NCBI GenBank assembly: GCA_902628335.1
Contig: CACOMO010000001.1
Span: forward strand, 173,313-237,312
DNA from: an uncultured Gammaproteobacteria bacterium
Lineage (GTDB): Bacteria; Pseudomonadota; Gammaproteobacteria; GCA-002705445; GCA-002716945
Length of the DNA stretch: 64,000 nucleotides
Direction: 5' to 3'
Positions 31,637-42,540 of this stretch are shown piece after piece (positions within the stretch are counted from its first letter, which is position 1; every line of letters begins with the position of its first letter). The notes under the pieces were generated by a model. It made no database searches. It was not told the origin of the DNA and saw only the letters and a list, made by a program, of their open reading frames with translations. Made by a program: the position numbers and the translations under genes.

Positions 31637-32919
31637 CGTCCACCAAGCGTAAGTGTTAAAGACTTTTCGAATTTTATTTTATTCGATATTGCCTTTTTTA
31701 TGCTCTTTAAATTTACATTCTGTATCCCAGTAATATATTTCTTGTAGTAATCATCTTGAAGATCATAATTATTGATACTAGACAATATTTGAAGCGTATT
31801 AATGTTAGTATCCATTCTTGTAAGAACATTTCTTATAAGGCTTTTCTTACTAGAGGTAACCTCTTCTTGCGTAGCATTAAAATTTTTAAATTTGTCTAAT
31901 TCAATAGATATTATCTGTAGAGCTTGACTTACATTTCTATTGTCTGTCTGAAGGTTGATTTTAAGAATACCAAAGTCGTTATACATTGATAAATAACTGT
32001 ATATAGAGTATGCAAAACCCCTTTTCTCTCTAATCTCCCTCATTAGACGAGAGCCGAACCCACTTCCGCCAAATATATGATTCGCCACGAGGATATTATA
32101 AAAATCTTCATCCTCTCTCTTGATAGCAGGAATGTAAATATTTATGTGCGTTTGACTACTATCAAAAAATATTTTCTTAGTATTTTTTCTGAGTTGATTA
32201 TATTTTATAGGTGAGTCACTTTTTTGAGGCACGCGTCTCATGTTAGCGAACATATTAGATATTAAGATAGCAGATGTGTTTTCACTGATATCTCCTACAA
32301 TACTTATTGAAATTTTACTTTTTAAAATAAGTTGAATTAACGTTTGTCTAATTATATCTGTATCAAGGCTTTCAATAGTTCTAGCATACCCTATCGTTGG
32401 GTGACTCATGCCGCTTCCACTAAAAAAAATTTCGTCAGCTTTTCTTTGAGCAAGACGTCCAGGATCCAAGTCTCTCCTATTTATAATGTTTAAAATTCTT
32501 ACTTTGTTTTCATTTATTAATTCTTGTGATATCCCATTTAATGAGAGCATTTCGTTAATTTTCTTAGAGATCAAACCAATATTATCTGAGGTCGAGACGA
32601 ATCTCAGGGATATATCAGACCTCTCTTTGTTCACAGAAGAGTTATACTGAGCTCCTATCTCTTCAAAATAATTAATTACTTTTTTGCTATTCAAAAGTTG
32701 CTGATGAAGAAGGTTGACGCTAAAACTCAAAATTCCCTCATTTTCTCCATCACTTTTACTCCCTCTATCAAAGGTTATCTTCAAATCAATTATAGGTAGA
32801 TCCCTGTTCTCAATTAAAAGATAGTCTTTGTTAGATTTAATCTTAATTATCTTGGGGAAAGCATCTACATAACTTGTAGATAGCATCAAAGCAATAGTAG
32901 TAATGAGTAAAAACCTCAT
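31633..32919 (-). CDS. M16-family (pitrilysin/insulinase-like) protein, non-catalytic partner
   Basis: Signal peptide and M16 fold-length (428 aa). The HxxEH position reads VNLLH, so the zinc ligands are lost. ATGA-coupled to the upstream M16 gene. Confidence 0.75.
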   Translation of the reverse strand: MRFLLITTIALMLSTSYVDAFPKIIKIKSNKDYLLIENRDLPIIDLKITFDRGSKSDGENEGILSFSVNLLHQQLLNSKKVINYFEEIGAQYNSSVNKERSDISLRFVSTSDNIGLISKKINEMLSLNGISQELINENKVRILNIINRRDLDPGRLAQRKADEIFFSGSGMSHPTIGYARTIESLDTDIIRQTLIQLILKSKISISIVGDISENTSAILISNMFANMRRVPQKSDSPIKYNQLRKNTKKIFFDSSQTHINIYIPAIKREDEDFYNILVANHIFGGSGFGSRLMREIREKRGFAYSIYSYLSMYNDFGILKINLQTDNRNVSQALQIISIELDKFKNFNATQEEVTSSKKSLIRNVLTRMDTNINTLQILSSINNYDLQDDYYKKYITGIQNVNLKSIKKAISNKIKFEKSLTLTLGGR

Positions 32920-34262
32920 TCTGGCTCCACTAATGATATTTGTACTTTATTATTTATGATGTATTTTTGTGCTACTTCTCTAATGTCCTGCTCTGTTACT
33001 GAATTAACGTTGTTGACATATTCATCCAGGAGATTCCACGAAAGATTTTTAGACTCTAATTGCCCCACACTCATAGTCTGAGTAAAAATTGAATCAAATT
33101 TGTATATATTACTTGCTATAAGTCTAGCTTTCGTATTACGTAACTCTTTATCTTGCAGGCCCTCATTATATAGAATAATGAATTCATCTATAATTGATTG
33201 TTTCAGAACCTCTAATGTTACATCCCGTCTTGGAACACCGCCTATTGAGATTATACTTTTCTTCCTTGAGAAAAGATCATAAGAAATAAATGTATTTATT
33301 GCTATTTTTTTATCAATGATATTTGATGTAAACCTTGATGAAAAGCTACCATCCATGATCTCTAGGAGTAACTCTAATGCATATGCGTCTTTTGTAGATA
33401 GATCAGCAAATTTTGGTTTCACAAATGAAAGTATTAAAATTGGATTAGGTAGTTTTTCTCTCAAAAGCATTTGATCAAATGAAGTTTTAATTATTTTACT
33501 GGATACCCTATCAAATTCCATTTCTGGGTTTTGAATGCTTCCAAAATATAAATTAATGTCATTTTTTACTGCTTCTGTTTCAAAGTTTCCAGAAATTATA
33601 ATAGTCGCATTGGATGGTTTGTAATATTTTTTGTACCAATCTTCTAAGTCGCTCAGAGTGATATTATTTAAGTCGTCCATAGTTCCAATGATAGGAATAC
33701 CATAGTCAGTCATACCTAAAATGTGTAATCCTATTTTTTCAAATATTATTGAGATAGGTTGATCTTCTGTTCTCAGGCGCCTTTCCTCTTTTACTACCTC
33801 TCGCTCACTGATTAAATCATCATTTGTAAGATTCAAATTTATCATTCTGTCCGCTTCATATTCTAAACACATAGAGAGAAACTCTTTGCTGACTTTTTGA
33901 TAATAGCCAGTGAAATCCCTCCCTGTGAAAGCATTCTCAGTTCCACCTATCTTTTTAACTGCCGATGAAAATTCTCCGGCACTAAATTTTTCTGTTCCTT
34001 TAAACATCATATGTTCAAGAAGATGTGATATGCCTGTAATGCCCTCATTTTCATAACTTGATCCAACTCTATACCAAATGCTAGAAACGACATTATCACT
34101 TCTATTATCTTCGATTAAAATAACATCCAAACCATTATCGAGTGAAAATTCTTCTATTCTGTCTGAAAAGTTTATTTTACTTATCTTGTCCGATTCTTCA
34201 GCAGCTAGATTGAACGAACATGTCATAAATATTACTATAATTGTTTTAGTCAATTTATTCAC
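32916..34262 (-). CDS. M16-family zinc metallopeptidase (catalytic subunit)
   Basis: Inverted zinc motif HLLEH within GISHLLEHMMFKGT. A signal peptide is obtained only with the GTG start at 34262. Confidence 0.82.
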   Translation of the reverse strand: MNKLTKTIIVIFMTCSFNLAAEESDKISKINFSDRIEEFSLDNGLDVILIEDNRSDNVVSSIWYRVGSSYENEGITGISHLLEHMMFKGTEKFSAGEFSSAVKKIGGTENAFTGRDFTGYYQKVSKEFLSMCLEYEADRMINLNLTNDDLISEREVVKEERRLRTEDQPISIIFEKIGLHILGMTDYGIPIIGTMDDLNNITLSDLEDWYKKYYKPSNATIIISGNFETEAVKNDINLYFGSIQNPEMEFDRVSSKIIKTSFDQMLLREKLPNPILILSFVKPKFADLSTKDAYALELLLEIMDGSFSSRFTSNIIDKKIAINTFISYDLFSRKKSIISIGGVPRRDVTLEVLKQSIIDEFIILYNEGLQDKELRNTKARLIASNIYKFDSIFTQTMSVGQLESKNLSWNLLDEYVNNVNSVTEQDIREVAQKYIINNKVQISLVEPE

Positions 34263-34367
34263 AAGATGATTATATATGAAACTGCCGATATCTGTTAGAT
34301 GGTATTTTTCCCTGAATTTTAATGATATAAAACACTATCTTTAATAAGGTAAATGAGCTAAATAACC

Positions 34368-34395
34368 TTGAAAGGAGCGAAAATGTTACTATAAT
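34368..34395 (+). promoter_or_regulatory. Putative sigma70 promoter of rpoH
   Basis: TTGAAA (34368-34373), 16-nt spacer, TATAAT (34390-34395). AGGAG SD at 34404-34408 precedes the ATG at 34415. Confidence 0.55.
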
Positions 34396-34414
34396 AACCA
34401 TGTAGGAGATTTAT

Positions 34415-35272
34415 ATGACTACAAAAGTTATGAAAAATTTGCCGGTAGAACTAACATCTAGCTTGGATACTACAGATGCTCTAGAGTTGTATCTTTCTGA
34501 GCTCCGAAAAACACCTTTGCTATCAAAAGAAGAGGAACTAGAGTTATTTAATAAATTGAATAACTCGGATGATATTGATGCAGCAAAGAAGCTTGTAATG
34601 GCACATTTGAGATTCGTAGTGCATGTCGCAAAAACATATAAAGGATATGGTTTACCACTTCTTGACATTATCCAAGAGGGCAATGTTGGACTAATGAAAG
34701 CCGTAAAAAGATTTGATGCATCAAAGAATGTTAGATTACTGTCATTTGCAATATATTGGATTAGAGCTGAAATACATGAATTTATTCTCAAAAATTGGAG
34801 GATAGTTAAAGTAGCTACTACAAAAGCTCAAAGGAAATTATTTTTCAAATTACGTAGTAAAAAAACTAGCACTACATGGTTAACGGAAGCAGAAAAAAAC
34901 AATATAGCGAATGAGCTAAATGTTAAATCAGAAGCAGTGACAACAATGGAATCACGTCTAACAGGCTCTGATGTATCATTTGACCCGATAACAGACGAGG
35001 ACGTATCACCGTCCGAATATCTTACCGATAATACAGATCCTCTCCTTAAGCTAGAATATGAGCAAGATGGCAAAAGAGAATCTAATAAACTCAGCAACGC
35101 ACTTAGCAAGTTAGACAGCCGTAGTATGGATATTATTAAATCTAGATACTTATCAGATAACAAGATGACTCTAGACCAACTAGCTACTAAATATGATGTC
35201 TCGATTGAGAGAATAAGACAAATTGAAAATAAGTCGCTACAATTGTTAAAAGATAATCTACTCTTTGCCTAA
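34415..35272 (+). CDS. rpoH: RNA polymerase sigma-32 (heat-shock sigma factor)
   Basis: RpoH box QRKLFFKLR, region 2 IQEGNVGLMKAVKRFD, region 4 HTH; 285 aa. Confidence 0.95.
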   Translation: MTTKVMKNLPVELTSSLDTTDALELYLSELRKTPLLSKEEELELFNKLNNSDDIDAAKKLVMAHLRFVVHVAKTYKGYGLPLLDIIQEGNVGLMKAVKRFDASKNVRLLSFAIYWIRAEIHEFILKNWRIVKVATTKAQRKLFFKLRSKKTSTTWLTEAEKNNIANELNVKSEAVTTMESRLTGSDVSFDPITDEDVSPSEYLTDNTDPLLKLEYEQDGKRESNKLSNALSKLDSRSMDIIKSRYLSDNKMTLDQLATKYDVSIERIRQIENKSLQLLKDNLLFA

Positions 35273-35285
35273 TTCTACTACCTCA

Positions 35286-36191
35286 TTATATACTCAAGAA
35301 CCAGTAGTGATCGAGTAGAAGTGTACCAAATAAAATAGATAGATATGAAATAGAATATTTAAATAATTCTATTGCCCGTTTATCACTTTTTAAAACCATG
35401 AGTAAATAAGAGTCAATAACGAACTTAATTCCAAAGGTAAATGATCCTATTAGATATATTAAACCCGAGAAACCTAATAGGTAAGGGAAGAGTGTTATAC
35501 AAAAAAGCAAAATAGAATAAAGGAAAATATGTAGACGTGCAAAATCTTTACCATGCGTTATAGGTAACATTGGAACGTCTGCCTTAAGGTATTCATCATA
35601 TTTATAAACTGCTAGTGCCCAAAAATGTGGGGGTGTCCAAAGAAAAATTATTAAAAATAAAACTAGTGGAAAAGCTTCTACTTGATTAGTAACTGATGTC
35701 CAGCCTAGTAATGGTGGCATAGCACCAGCGATTCCTCCAATGACAATATTTTGTGAGTTCAAATTTTTTAAATATACAGAGTAAATCAACGAATAAATAA
35801 TAATAGAGATAAAAGTTAAAATTGTAGTTAACAAATTTATAAAAATATACAAGATAAACAAAGATGACGTCGATAAGAAGAGTGCAAATATAATGGCATG
35901 AGAGGCTTTAATATTGCCTTGAACTAGAGGCCTAGACTTAGTTCTATCCATGATAGAGTCTATTTTCTGATCAATCACCTGATTTATGATGGCTGCAGCA
36001 GAAGCTGCAAGTCCTATGCCTAAACTAGCAAAAAAAATAACCTCAAGATCAAGTGAATTATCATGAGCTAGTAACATTCCTACTATTGCAGTGAACATAA
36101 TCAAAAGATTGACTCTTGGCTTAGTAAGAAGGATGAATTCTCTTATGATAGTGAGAATTCTGTATGTGCTCGATATGTTCGTTTGTTGCAT
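35286..36191 (-). CDS. cyoE: Protoheme IX farnesyltransferase (heme O synthase)
   Basis: UbiA-family motifs (NQVIDQKIDSIMDRTKSRPL) and a multi-TM profile; follows the heme A synthase gene. Confidence 0.92.
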   Translation of the reverse strand: MQQTNISSTYRILTIIREFILLTKPRVNLLIMFTAIVGMLLAHDNSLDLEVIFFASLGIGLAASAAAIINQVIDQKIDSIMDRTKSRPLVQGNIKASHAIIFALFLSTSSLFILYIFINLLTTILTFISIIIYSLIYSVYLKNLNSQNIVIGGIAGAMPPLLGWTSVTNQVEAFPLVLFLIIFLWTPPHFWALAVYKYDEYLKADVPMLPITHGKDFARLHIFLYSILLFCITLFPYLLGFSGLIYLIGSFTFGIKFVIDSYLLMVLKSDKRAIELFKYSISYLSILFGTLLLDHYWFLSI

Positions 36192-36193
36192 AA

Positions 36194-37201
36194 CTATCCT
36201 TTAATGTTCTGAACTTTATGTGTTGTATAAAACAGTAATATTAGCATACTCATGAGAAGTATACAGGCATTTACTGTGTGAAGAACAGCTACATTTAAAG
36301 GCAAGCTATAAATAACATTTGAAATGCCAAGATATATTTGAAATGAAAAAAATATCAGTACTAAATATCCAATCTTCTTAATTTGTTGAGAATTTTGCAT
36401 AAAAAATATATAGATAAATAATCCAAAAAAAAGGACAGACAATAATAAAGCCCCTACCCTGTGAGTAAAGTGCACTGCTAATTTGGCGTAGTACTCCATA
36501 TGATTGACTTCATAATTTACATTAGGCAAACCAAAAACAGTAAAACCCTCGTCAAAATTCATATTATCTGGCCACCATTGTTCTGTGCACTTTGGAAAAT
36601 CTGGGCAAGCTAGTGAAGCATAATTAGTGCTTGTCCAACCACCAAGAATAATCTGTATAACTAGTGCGACGATACATAGTTTGATGAAAGCATTAAATTT
36701 AGATGATGAAGTGTCTGAGATAGTCCCTATTCTTAGACCATTCCAAAGGAGTAAACATGCAGTTGACATGCCAAGTATCAGATGTGTGGTTACTATTGTT
36801 GGTTTTACCAGTTCAGTCACTGTAAGCATTCCCATTAATGATTGAACAATAATGAGCACACTTAGAGAAATCGGTAGAAAAATACTAACGTGTTTAGCAT
36901 ATTTATACGTTAAAAAAGATATCAAAAATACATATAAACCCAAAATACCTGCAAGATACCTATGGAACATCTCTCTCCATGCTTTCCCAACATCGATAGT
37001 TGCGTCGGGATAAAATTCTTTTGCACGAGCTATTTTTTCATCCGTATCTGGTGTACCCAATATACCGTAACAACCAGGCCAGTCTGGACACCCTAACCCA
37101 GCATCCGTGAGTCTAACCCATGCGCCAGCAGAAATAACAAGGAGTGTAAAAAATGCTCCGATGTAGCTTAGTTTTTTTATTAAATCAATTCTCATTATCA
37201 T
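36194..37201 (-). CDS. ctaA: Heme A synthase (Cox15/CtaA)
   Basis: 8-TM protein with conserved His residues and GLGCPDWPGC / CPDFPKC Cys pairs; sits within the cox assembly cluster. Confidence 0.88.
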   Translation of the reverse strand: MIMRIDLIKKLSYIGAFFTLLVISAGAWVRLTDAGLGCPDWPGCYGILGTPDTDEKIARAKEFYPDATIDVGKAWREMFHRYLAGILGLYVFLISFLTYKYAKHVSIFLPISLSVLIIVQSLMGMLTVTELVKPTIVTTHLILGMSTACLLLWNGLRIGTISDTSSSKFNAFIKLCIVALVIQIILGGWTSTNYASLACPDFPKCTEQWWPDNMNFDEGFTVFGLPNVNYEVNHMEYYAKLAVHFTHRVGALLLSVLFFGLFIYIFFMQNSQQIKKIGYLVLIFFSFQIYLGISNVIYSLPLNVAVLHTVNACILLMSMLILLFYTTHKVQNIKG

Positions 37202-37776
37202 CCAATCTTTGATAATTTTAAAAGTTTCTTAATATCTTTTAGTAATTTCTTTCCCTCGAAATCCTGATCGTAGCCTAGTATAACATTACCTAGAGGATCT
37301 GTTAGTAAAAGAACGTGCCTGTTTGTAATTTTATTTATTTCATCTATAAAAGTAGAGGAATTATTTTTTACAATAATTGATTTAGGGTATTTGGCAACTA
37401 CCTCTTCAATTTCAGAATCAGATATAGATTTACTTAATACTATGACTCTTTGGAGTCTATTCATGTCTTTTCCTAGTGCAATATTTACTTGCCTAATAAG
37501 ATATATTTCTTCCTCGCATTTCTGTGAACAATTCTCCGACATACGGTAAATTAAGCCCCATTTATTAAGGTGTTGATTTACAATAAAGTTCTCTCCACTG
37601 TAGTCATTAAGACTTGTCTGTGACAGGTTCACAATTGGGTTTATAAAAGATCCATAATTTGAAGTTTGAAGTTCTCCACCAGCATGATAGTCTTTTGACA
37701 AGTAATATGAAATTACAAATGGGATAGTAAAAATAAATACAATAAGTATAAATTTGATTCTACCGCTATACATCAC
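37198..37776 (-). CDS. Cytochrome-oxidase-cluster membrane-anchored protein, degenerate Sco/thioredoxin-like (CxxxC)
   Basis: One N-terminal TM helix. CSQKC is followed by ...RVIVLS, in the position where Sco proteins have CPDxCP...SvDP. Located between surf1 and ctaA. Confidence 0.5.
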   Translation of the reverse strand: MMYSGRIKFILIVFIFTIPFVISYYLSKDYHAGGELQTSNYGSFINPIVNLSQTSLNDYSGENFIVNQHLNKWGLIYRMSENCSQKCEEEIYLIRQVNIALGKDMNRLQRVIVLSKSISDSEIEEVVAKYPKSIIVKNNSSTFIDEINKITNRHVLLLTDPLGNVILGYDQDFEGKKLLKDIKKLLKLSKIG

Positions 37777-38464
37777 TGCTCCTATTAAACAAAACTATGA
37801 TAAGTATAAAACCGATAATTGAAAATATAAACCATTGGCCTGCATACATATAGTGCTTCAATTTATCGTTTTGTTGATGAATTTCCCTTATTTGAAGAGA
37901 ATTAATTTGTGAAACACTCATAACAATAGAAAAAGGCAGAATTTCCCTACCTAGTGCATCAGATATCTCTGTAATATTTACAGATTGTATTAATCTAGGC
38001 CAGTTAGTATCAAGAGCATCATTGCCGAGAAGGAAAGTTTCCTTATAAACATATGTGTATCCCTCAACCTCTATGTTTGGAGTGGAAATATCTATATCCG
38101 GCAGTGATAGCCTATTATTTCCATCTACCCAACCCCTGTTAACAAGCACCACTTTTTCACCTACTAACATTGGCGTAATAACATCATAACCAGCTCTTCT
38201 TTTGAAAACTTTGTTATCAAGAAGAAATTGATTATCAGACAACAACACTCCACTGACTTTTATTTTAGTAAAATCATTGTAATAACCAGCCAATTCATCT
38301 ATGACTTGAGCCTCAGAGGATATGTTTTTTTGATATGACTTGTAAATAGCATCCTTTTCATTACCTCGCTCTATTTGCCAACTAGCTAGATACAAACAGA
38401 TAATCACTAGAAAAGCTAATGATATTAAGCCAATAAACCTCATGATTGTTTTTTTATTACTCAT
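37766..38464 (-). CDS. SURF1 family cytochrome oxidase assembly protein
   Basis: N-terminal TM plus LASWQIERGNEK (the WQxxR signature), a C-terminal TM, and cox-cluster context. Confidence 0.85.
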   Translation of the reverse strand: MSNKKTIMRFIGLISLAFLVIICLYLASWQIERGNEKDAIYKSYQKNISSEAQVIDELAGYYNDFTKIKVSGVLLSDNQFLLDNKVFKRRAGYDVITPMLVGEKVVLVNRGWVDGNNRLSLPDIDISTPNIEVEGYTYVYKETFLLGNDALDTNWPRLIQSVNITEISDALGREILPFSIVMSVSQINSLQIREIHQQNDKLKHYMYAGQWFIFSIIGFILIIVLFNRSSDV

Positions 38465-38488
38465 ACATGTGTTAAGTTATCCATTGAG

Positions 38489-38701
38489 ATGAAATATATA
38501 ATATTAATTTTGTTAGCGCTAATTGTTTATAATCTTTTAATGGGATTTTTCTATATTATTAAAGACAGGAAACCATCAAGTCGAGGATTTCACTCACTGA
38601 AAACAAGGATAATACTCTCCTTATTGCTTTTTTTTATGTTAGTGATAGGGTTTTATTTTGACTTGATACAACCACATAACACTGTGTATCACAGCCAGTA
38701 G
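38489..38701 (+). CDS. Twin-transmembrane small protein (DUF2909-like) of cox clusters
   Basis: 70 aa with two TM helices, in the conserved position between coxC and surf1. The 3' end overlaps the coxC 3' end by 13 nt. Confidence 0.6.
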   Translation: MKYIILILLALIVYNLLMGFFYIIKDRKPSSRGFHSLKTRIILSLLLFFMLVIGFYFDLIQPHNTVYHSQ

Positions 38702-39552
38702 ACAAAAACGAAAAGACCTAACCAAACGACGTCAACAAAATGCCAATACCATGCAACAGCCTCAAATCCGAAATGATTATCCCCAGCAAAATGACCCTTT
38801 AAGCATCGGAAGAATATAACGGTTAACATTATTGCGCCTAACGTGACATGAAAACCATGAAAACCAGTTAGCATATAAAAAGTAGAGCCATATATTCCTG
38901 ACGTCATTTTTAGATTGAGATCATTATATGCAACCATATACTCATAAGCTTGGAAACCCACGAATATGAAACCTAGTGCAATAGTTAAAAACAAACCGAC
39001 TAGAAGCTTACGTCTATCTTGCTCTTTTAAACCATGATGTGCATATGTAACAGTTAATCCACTTGTCAACAAAAGTAATGTATTTAGTGCCGGAATACCG
39101 CCTGCGCCCATTACTACAAAATCTCCACCAGAATTAGTTGGACCATTTGATGGCCAAACGTTCTCAAATTGAGGCCATAAGACTATATTTGTAGTGATCT
39201 TATAACCATCACCACCAAGCCATGGGAGTGATAACTCTCGAGCGTAATATAACGCACCAAAGAAAGCTGCAAAAAACATGACTTCAGAAAAGATAAACCA
39301 AACCATACCCCAGCGAAATGATATATCCACTTGGTCATTGTAAATTCCACCTTCGCTCTCTGTGACTACCTCAGAAAACCATACATATGCCATGGCAAAT
39401 ATTAACACCATACCAATAAGCATTATTGTCATTCCCGAAGCCGAACCATTCATGTAATTGGCTGCGCCAATAAACATTATGACAATCGCAACGGTTGTTA
39501 AAAAAGGTAGCTTGGTTTCATGAGGGACGTAATAACTATTTTGTCCAGACAT
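38689..39552 (-). CDS. coxC: Cytochrome c oxidase subunit III
   Basis: Typical Cox3 sequence (HGFHVTLG, WYWHFVDVVWL); 287 aa. Confidence 0.95.
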   Translation of the reverse strand: MSGQNSYYVPHETKLPFLTTVAIVIMFIGAANYMNGSASGMTIMLIGMVLIFAMAYVWFSEVVTESEGGIYNDQVDISFRWGMVWFIFSEVMFFAAFFGALYYARELSLPWLGGDGYKITTNIVLWPQFENVWPSNGPTNSGGDFVVMGAGGIPALNTLLLLTSGLTVTYAHHGLKEQDRRKLLVGLFLTIALGFIFVGFQAYEYMVAYNDLNLKMTSGIYGSTFYMLTGFHGFHVTLGAIMLTVIFFRCLKGHFAGDNHFGFEAVAWYWHFVDVVWLGLFVFVYWL

Positions 39553-39555
39553 AAA

Positions 39556-40083
39556 CTATTTTACTCCTAACTGGTCAGTTGTATTAAACATCGTGTAGGA
39601 AAGGATAAGAGTTTTCGTATCACTTGATAATTTATCGTCAATTATAAATTGAAGCGGTAATTCTTTTGTTTCTAGACCATTAATTTCCTGCTGTGTAAAA
39701 CAGAAGCACTCTATTTTCTTAAAGTACTCGGCTTCTGCGCCAGGAACAACGCTCGGACTTGCTGTAACCTGTTTTAGCGAGTTAGACTGGTTCGTTAAAA
39801 TATATGATGTTGTATAGACTTTACCAACTTCTACAACCATTTCTCTCTCTAGTGGTTCAAAATCAAACGGCCCAGCTCCAGCAACTGTAGATGTGAATTT
39901 AATAGTGACAAAACGGTTTGTAGGTTTTTCATCTAAATTAACAATTCTCTCTTGATTAGTTTTGCCATTGAGGCCCGTAATTTCACAAAAGATATCGTAA
40001 AGTGGCACAAGCATGTATGAGAAAAAGAACATAAACACGACTATGAACGACACAGTAATATATGTTTTTTTATAATTACTCAT
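39556..40083 (-). CDS. ctaG: Cytochrome c oxidase assembly protein Cox11/CtaG
   Basis: FCEITGLNG and copper-binding CFCF motifs; N-terminal TM anchor. Confidence 0.92.
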   Translation of the reverse strand: MSNYKKTYITVSFIVVFMFFFSYMLVPLYDIFCEITGLNGKTNQERIVNLDEKPTNRFVTIKFTSTVAGAGPFDFEPLEREMVVEVGKVYTTSYILTNQSNSLKQVTASPSVVPGAEAEYFKKIECFCFTQQEINGLETKELPLQFIIDDKLSSDTKTLILSYTMFNTTDQLGVK

Positions 40084-41660
40084 TACTCTACTCTTGGTGC
40101 TTTCTCAAAAGAATGGTAAGGAGGTGGAGATGATAAAGTCCACTCAAGTCCCTCTGCGCCATCCCATACCTTATCTTCTGCTGTTACGTCTTTCTTGAGT
40201 GTATTGTATAAAATATAAACAAATAGTAATTGAGATAAACCAAATCCAAAAGCTCCAACTGATGCTATAGCATTAAAATCAGCAAATTGAACTGGATAGT
40301 CAGGTATTCTCCTTGGCATTCCAGCTAAACCTACAAAATGCATCGGGAAAAAAGTAACATTAACAAAAACGGTTGTAAGCCAGAAATGTAATTTACCTAG
40401 TGACTCACTGTACATTTTTCCAGTCCATTTAGGTAACCAATAGTAAACAGCTGCTATTATTGCAAATACAGCTCCTGGGACTAAAACATAATGAAAATGC
40501 GCTACAACAAAATATGTATCATGATATTGAAAATCTGCTGGTGTCATCGCAAGCATTAAGCCTGAAAAACCACCTATTGTAAAAAGTATTATAAATGCAA
40601 GGGCAAAAAGCATTGGTGTTTCAAAAGTCATTGACCCTCTCCACATGGTGGCTACCCAATTAAACACTTTCACGCCAGTAGGTACCGCAATAAGCATAGT
40701 TGTTAACATAAAGAATATCTCACCAGCTAAAGGCATTCCTACAGTAAACATATGATGTGCCCAAACTATGAATGACAACAAAGCTATAGATGCGGTTGCA
40801 TATACCATAGAATCATACCCAAATAATTTCTTTCTGGAAAAGGCAGGTATTATAGTTGACACAATACCAAAAGCTGGAAGGATTAAAATATAAACTTCTG
40901 GGTGACCAAAAAACCAAAATATGTGTTGGAACATAACTGGGTCTCCACCACCTGATGCCGTAAAGAAACTTGTTCCAAAAAATCTATCAGTTAGAAGCAT
41001 TGTAATTGCACCCGCGAGCACTGGCATTGCAGCAATTAGTAGGAATGCTGTTATTAACCAAGTCCATATAAAGATTGGCATTTTCATCAATGTCATCCCT
41101 GGAGCTCTCATGTTTAGAATAGTTGCAATAACGTTTATAGCACCTAATATTGATGAGATCCCTAACAAGTGAATAGACAAGATCACAAATGGCATGGAGT
41201 TACCGCCTTGTAGAGAAAGGGGTGGATACAAGGTCCAACCAGCTGCTGGGCCTCCACTATCGAAAAAAAGAGTGCTAAGTAGCATTGTGAATGCGAAAGG
41301 TAATATCCAGAAACTCCAATTATTTAATCTAGGTAGCGCCATATCAGGTGCACCTATCATTATAGGTATCTGCCAGTTTGCTAAACCAACAAAAGCCGGC
41401 ATCACGGCACCGAAAATCATAATGAGCGCATGCATAGTAGTCATTTGGTTAAAGAAACCTGGTATAACTAATTGCAAACCTGGTTCAAATAATTCAGCTC
41501 TAATTATTAGCGCCATAAACCCGCCGATGAAGAACATCAGCAAACTAAACCAAAGATAAAGACTCCCAATATCTTTATGATTTGTTGTTGTTATCCATCT
41601 CATCAAACCAGACGGGGCATGATGATGATCTTCGTGTATATCTTGAACGTTAGTGCTCAT
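40083..41660 (-). CDS. coxA: Cytochrome c oxidase subunit I (aa3-type)
   Basis: Canonical heme-copper oxidase subunit I ([22 protein letters not shown]); 525 aa. Confidence 0.98.
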   Translation of the reverse strand: MSTNVQDIHEDHHHAPSGLMRWITTTNHKDIGSLYLWFSLLMFFIGGFMALIIRAELFEPGLQLVIPGFFNQMTTMHALIMIFGAVMPAFVGLANWQIPIMIGAPDMALPRLNNWSFWILPFAFTMLLSTLFFDSGGPAAGWTLYPPLSLQGGNSMPFVILSIHLLGISSILGAINVIATILNMRAPGMTLMKMPIFIWTWLITAFLLIAAMPVLAGAITMLLTDRFFGTSFFTASGGGDPVMFQHIFWFFGHPEVYILILPAFGIVSTIIPAFSRKKLFGYDSMVYATASIALLSFIVWAHHMFTVGMPLAGEIFFMLTTMLIAVPTGVKVFNWVATMWRGSMTFETPMLFALAFIILFTIGGFSGLMLAMTPADFQYHDTYFVVAHFHYVLVPGAVFAIIAAVYYWLPKWTGKMYSESLGKLHFWLTTVFVNVTFFPMHFVGLAGMPRRIPDYPVQFADFNAIASVGAFGFGLSQLLFVYILYNTLKKDVTAEDKVWDGAEGLEWTLSSPPPYHSFEKAPRVE

Positions 41661-41661
41661 T

Positions 41662-42468
41662 TTATCTTCCTATGTTTTGTGATTCAGCTACTCTATTATC
41701 TTTCCTCAAAGATACCCATTTGTCATATTCCAGTTTAGGGACTGCTCTTACTACTATTGGCATGAACCCATGGTCCTTTCCACACAGTTCAGCACACGCT
41801 CCTCTGTAGACTCCAGGTTCTTTAATATTAATCCACATCTCATTAACGTATCCTGGTATTGCATCTTTTTTGCCACCAAGCTCTGGAACCCACCATGCAT
41901 GTATGACGTCACTTGCTGTTAGTAGAAGCCTTACTTTTGTGTCTGTTGGAAGAACTACCTCATTATCTACATTACGCAAATAGTGTTCCACATCGTTTAC
42001 GTCTTTACCTGAATTTAGTCTTCGTGCATTGTTACTCTTATTGTCTATTTTACTAAAGAAATTCACTCCGTCTTCTAAATACTCGTACTCCCACATCCAT
42101 TGATATCCAGTAACTTTCAGAGTTATACCAGCATCACTGGTATCTTCCATCATGATGAGTGCTTTAGTTGCAGGGATTGCACAGACAACTAATATTAAAA
42201 AAGGAATTACAGTCCAGACAATCTCTACTCTTGTGCTCTCATGAAATTTAGCTGGCTGATAACCTACGGATTTTCGATGGTAGATAATTGAATACACCAT
42301 AACTCCGAAAACTAGAATACCAATTACCACTGTTATCCAAAACATTAGCATATGTATATCGTATGCAATCTCGCTGGTAGGTGTCACGCCTCTTGGCATA
42401 TTTACTTCCCAATCAGCTAATATTTGCGTTGGTAATATCAGTGCTAGTAAATAAATAATTTTTTTCAT
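41662..42468 (-). CDS. coxB: Cytochrome c oxidase subunit II
   Basis: CuA site [12 protein letters not shown], two N-terminal TM helices after a signal peptide. There is no fused cytochrome c domain (268 aa). Confidence 0.95.
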   Translation of the reverse strand: MKKIIYLLALILPTQILADWEVNMPRGVTPTSEIAYDIHMLMFWITVVIGILVFGVMVYSIIYHRKSVGYQPAKFHESTRVEIVWTVIPFLILVVCAIPATKALIMMEDTSDAGITLKVTGYQWMWEYEYLEDGVNFFSKIDNKSNNARRLNSGKDVNDVEHYLRNVDNEVVLPTDTKVRLLLTASDVIHAWWVPELGGKKDAIPGYVNEMWINIKEPGVYRGACAELCGKDHGFMPIVVRAVPKLEYDKWVSLRKDNRVAESQNIGR

Positions 42469-42540
42469 AATCGTCCATTATTAAATGAATTTTATGATAT
42501 CACAATATTAGAATTTATAGAATTTCTTATTGAAAAAACT

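Noticed and set aside
40921-41559. Two plus-strand ORFs (83 and 121 aa) inside coxA
   Set aside because: They are antisense shadows of cytochrome oxidase subunit I. coxA is complete and canonical.
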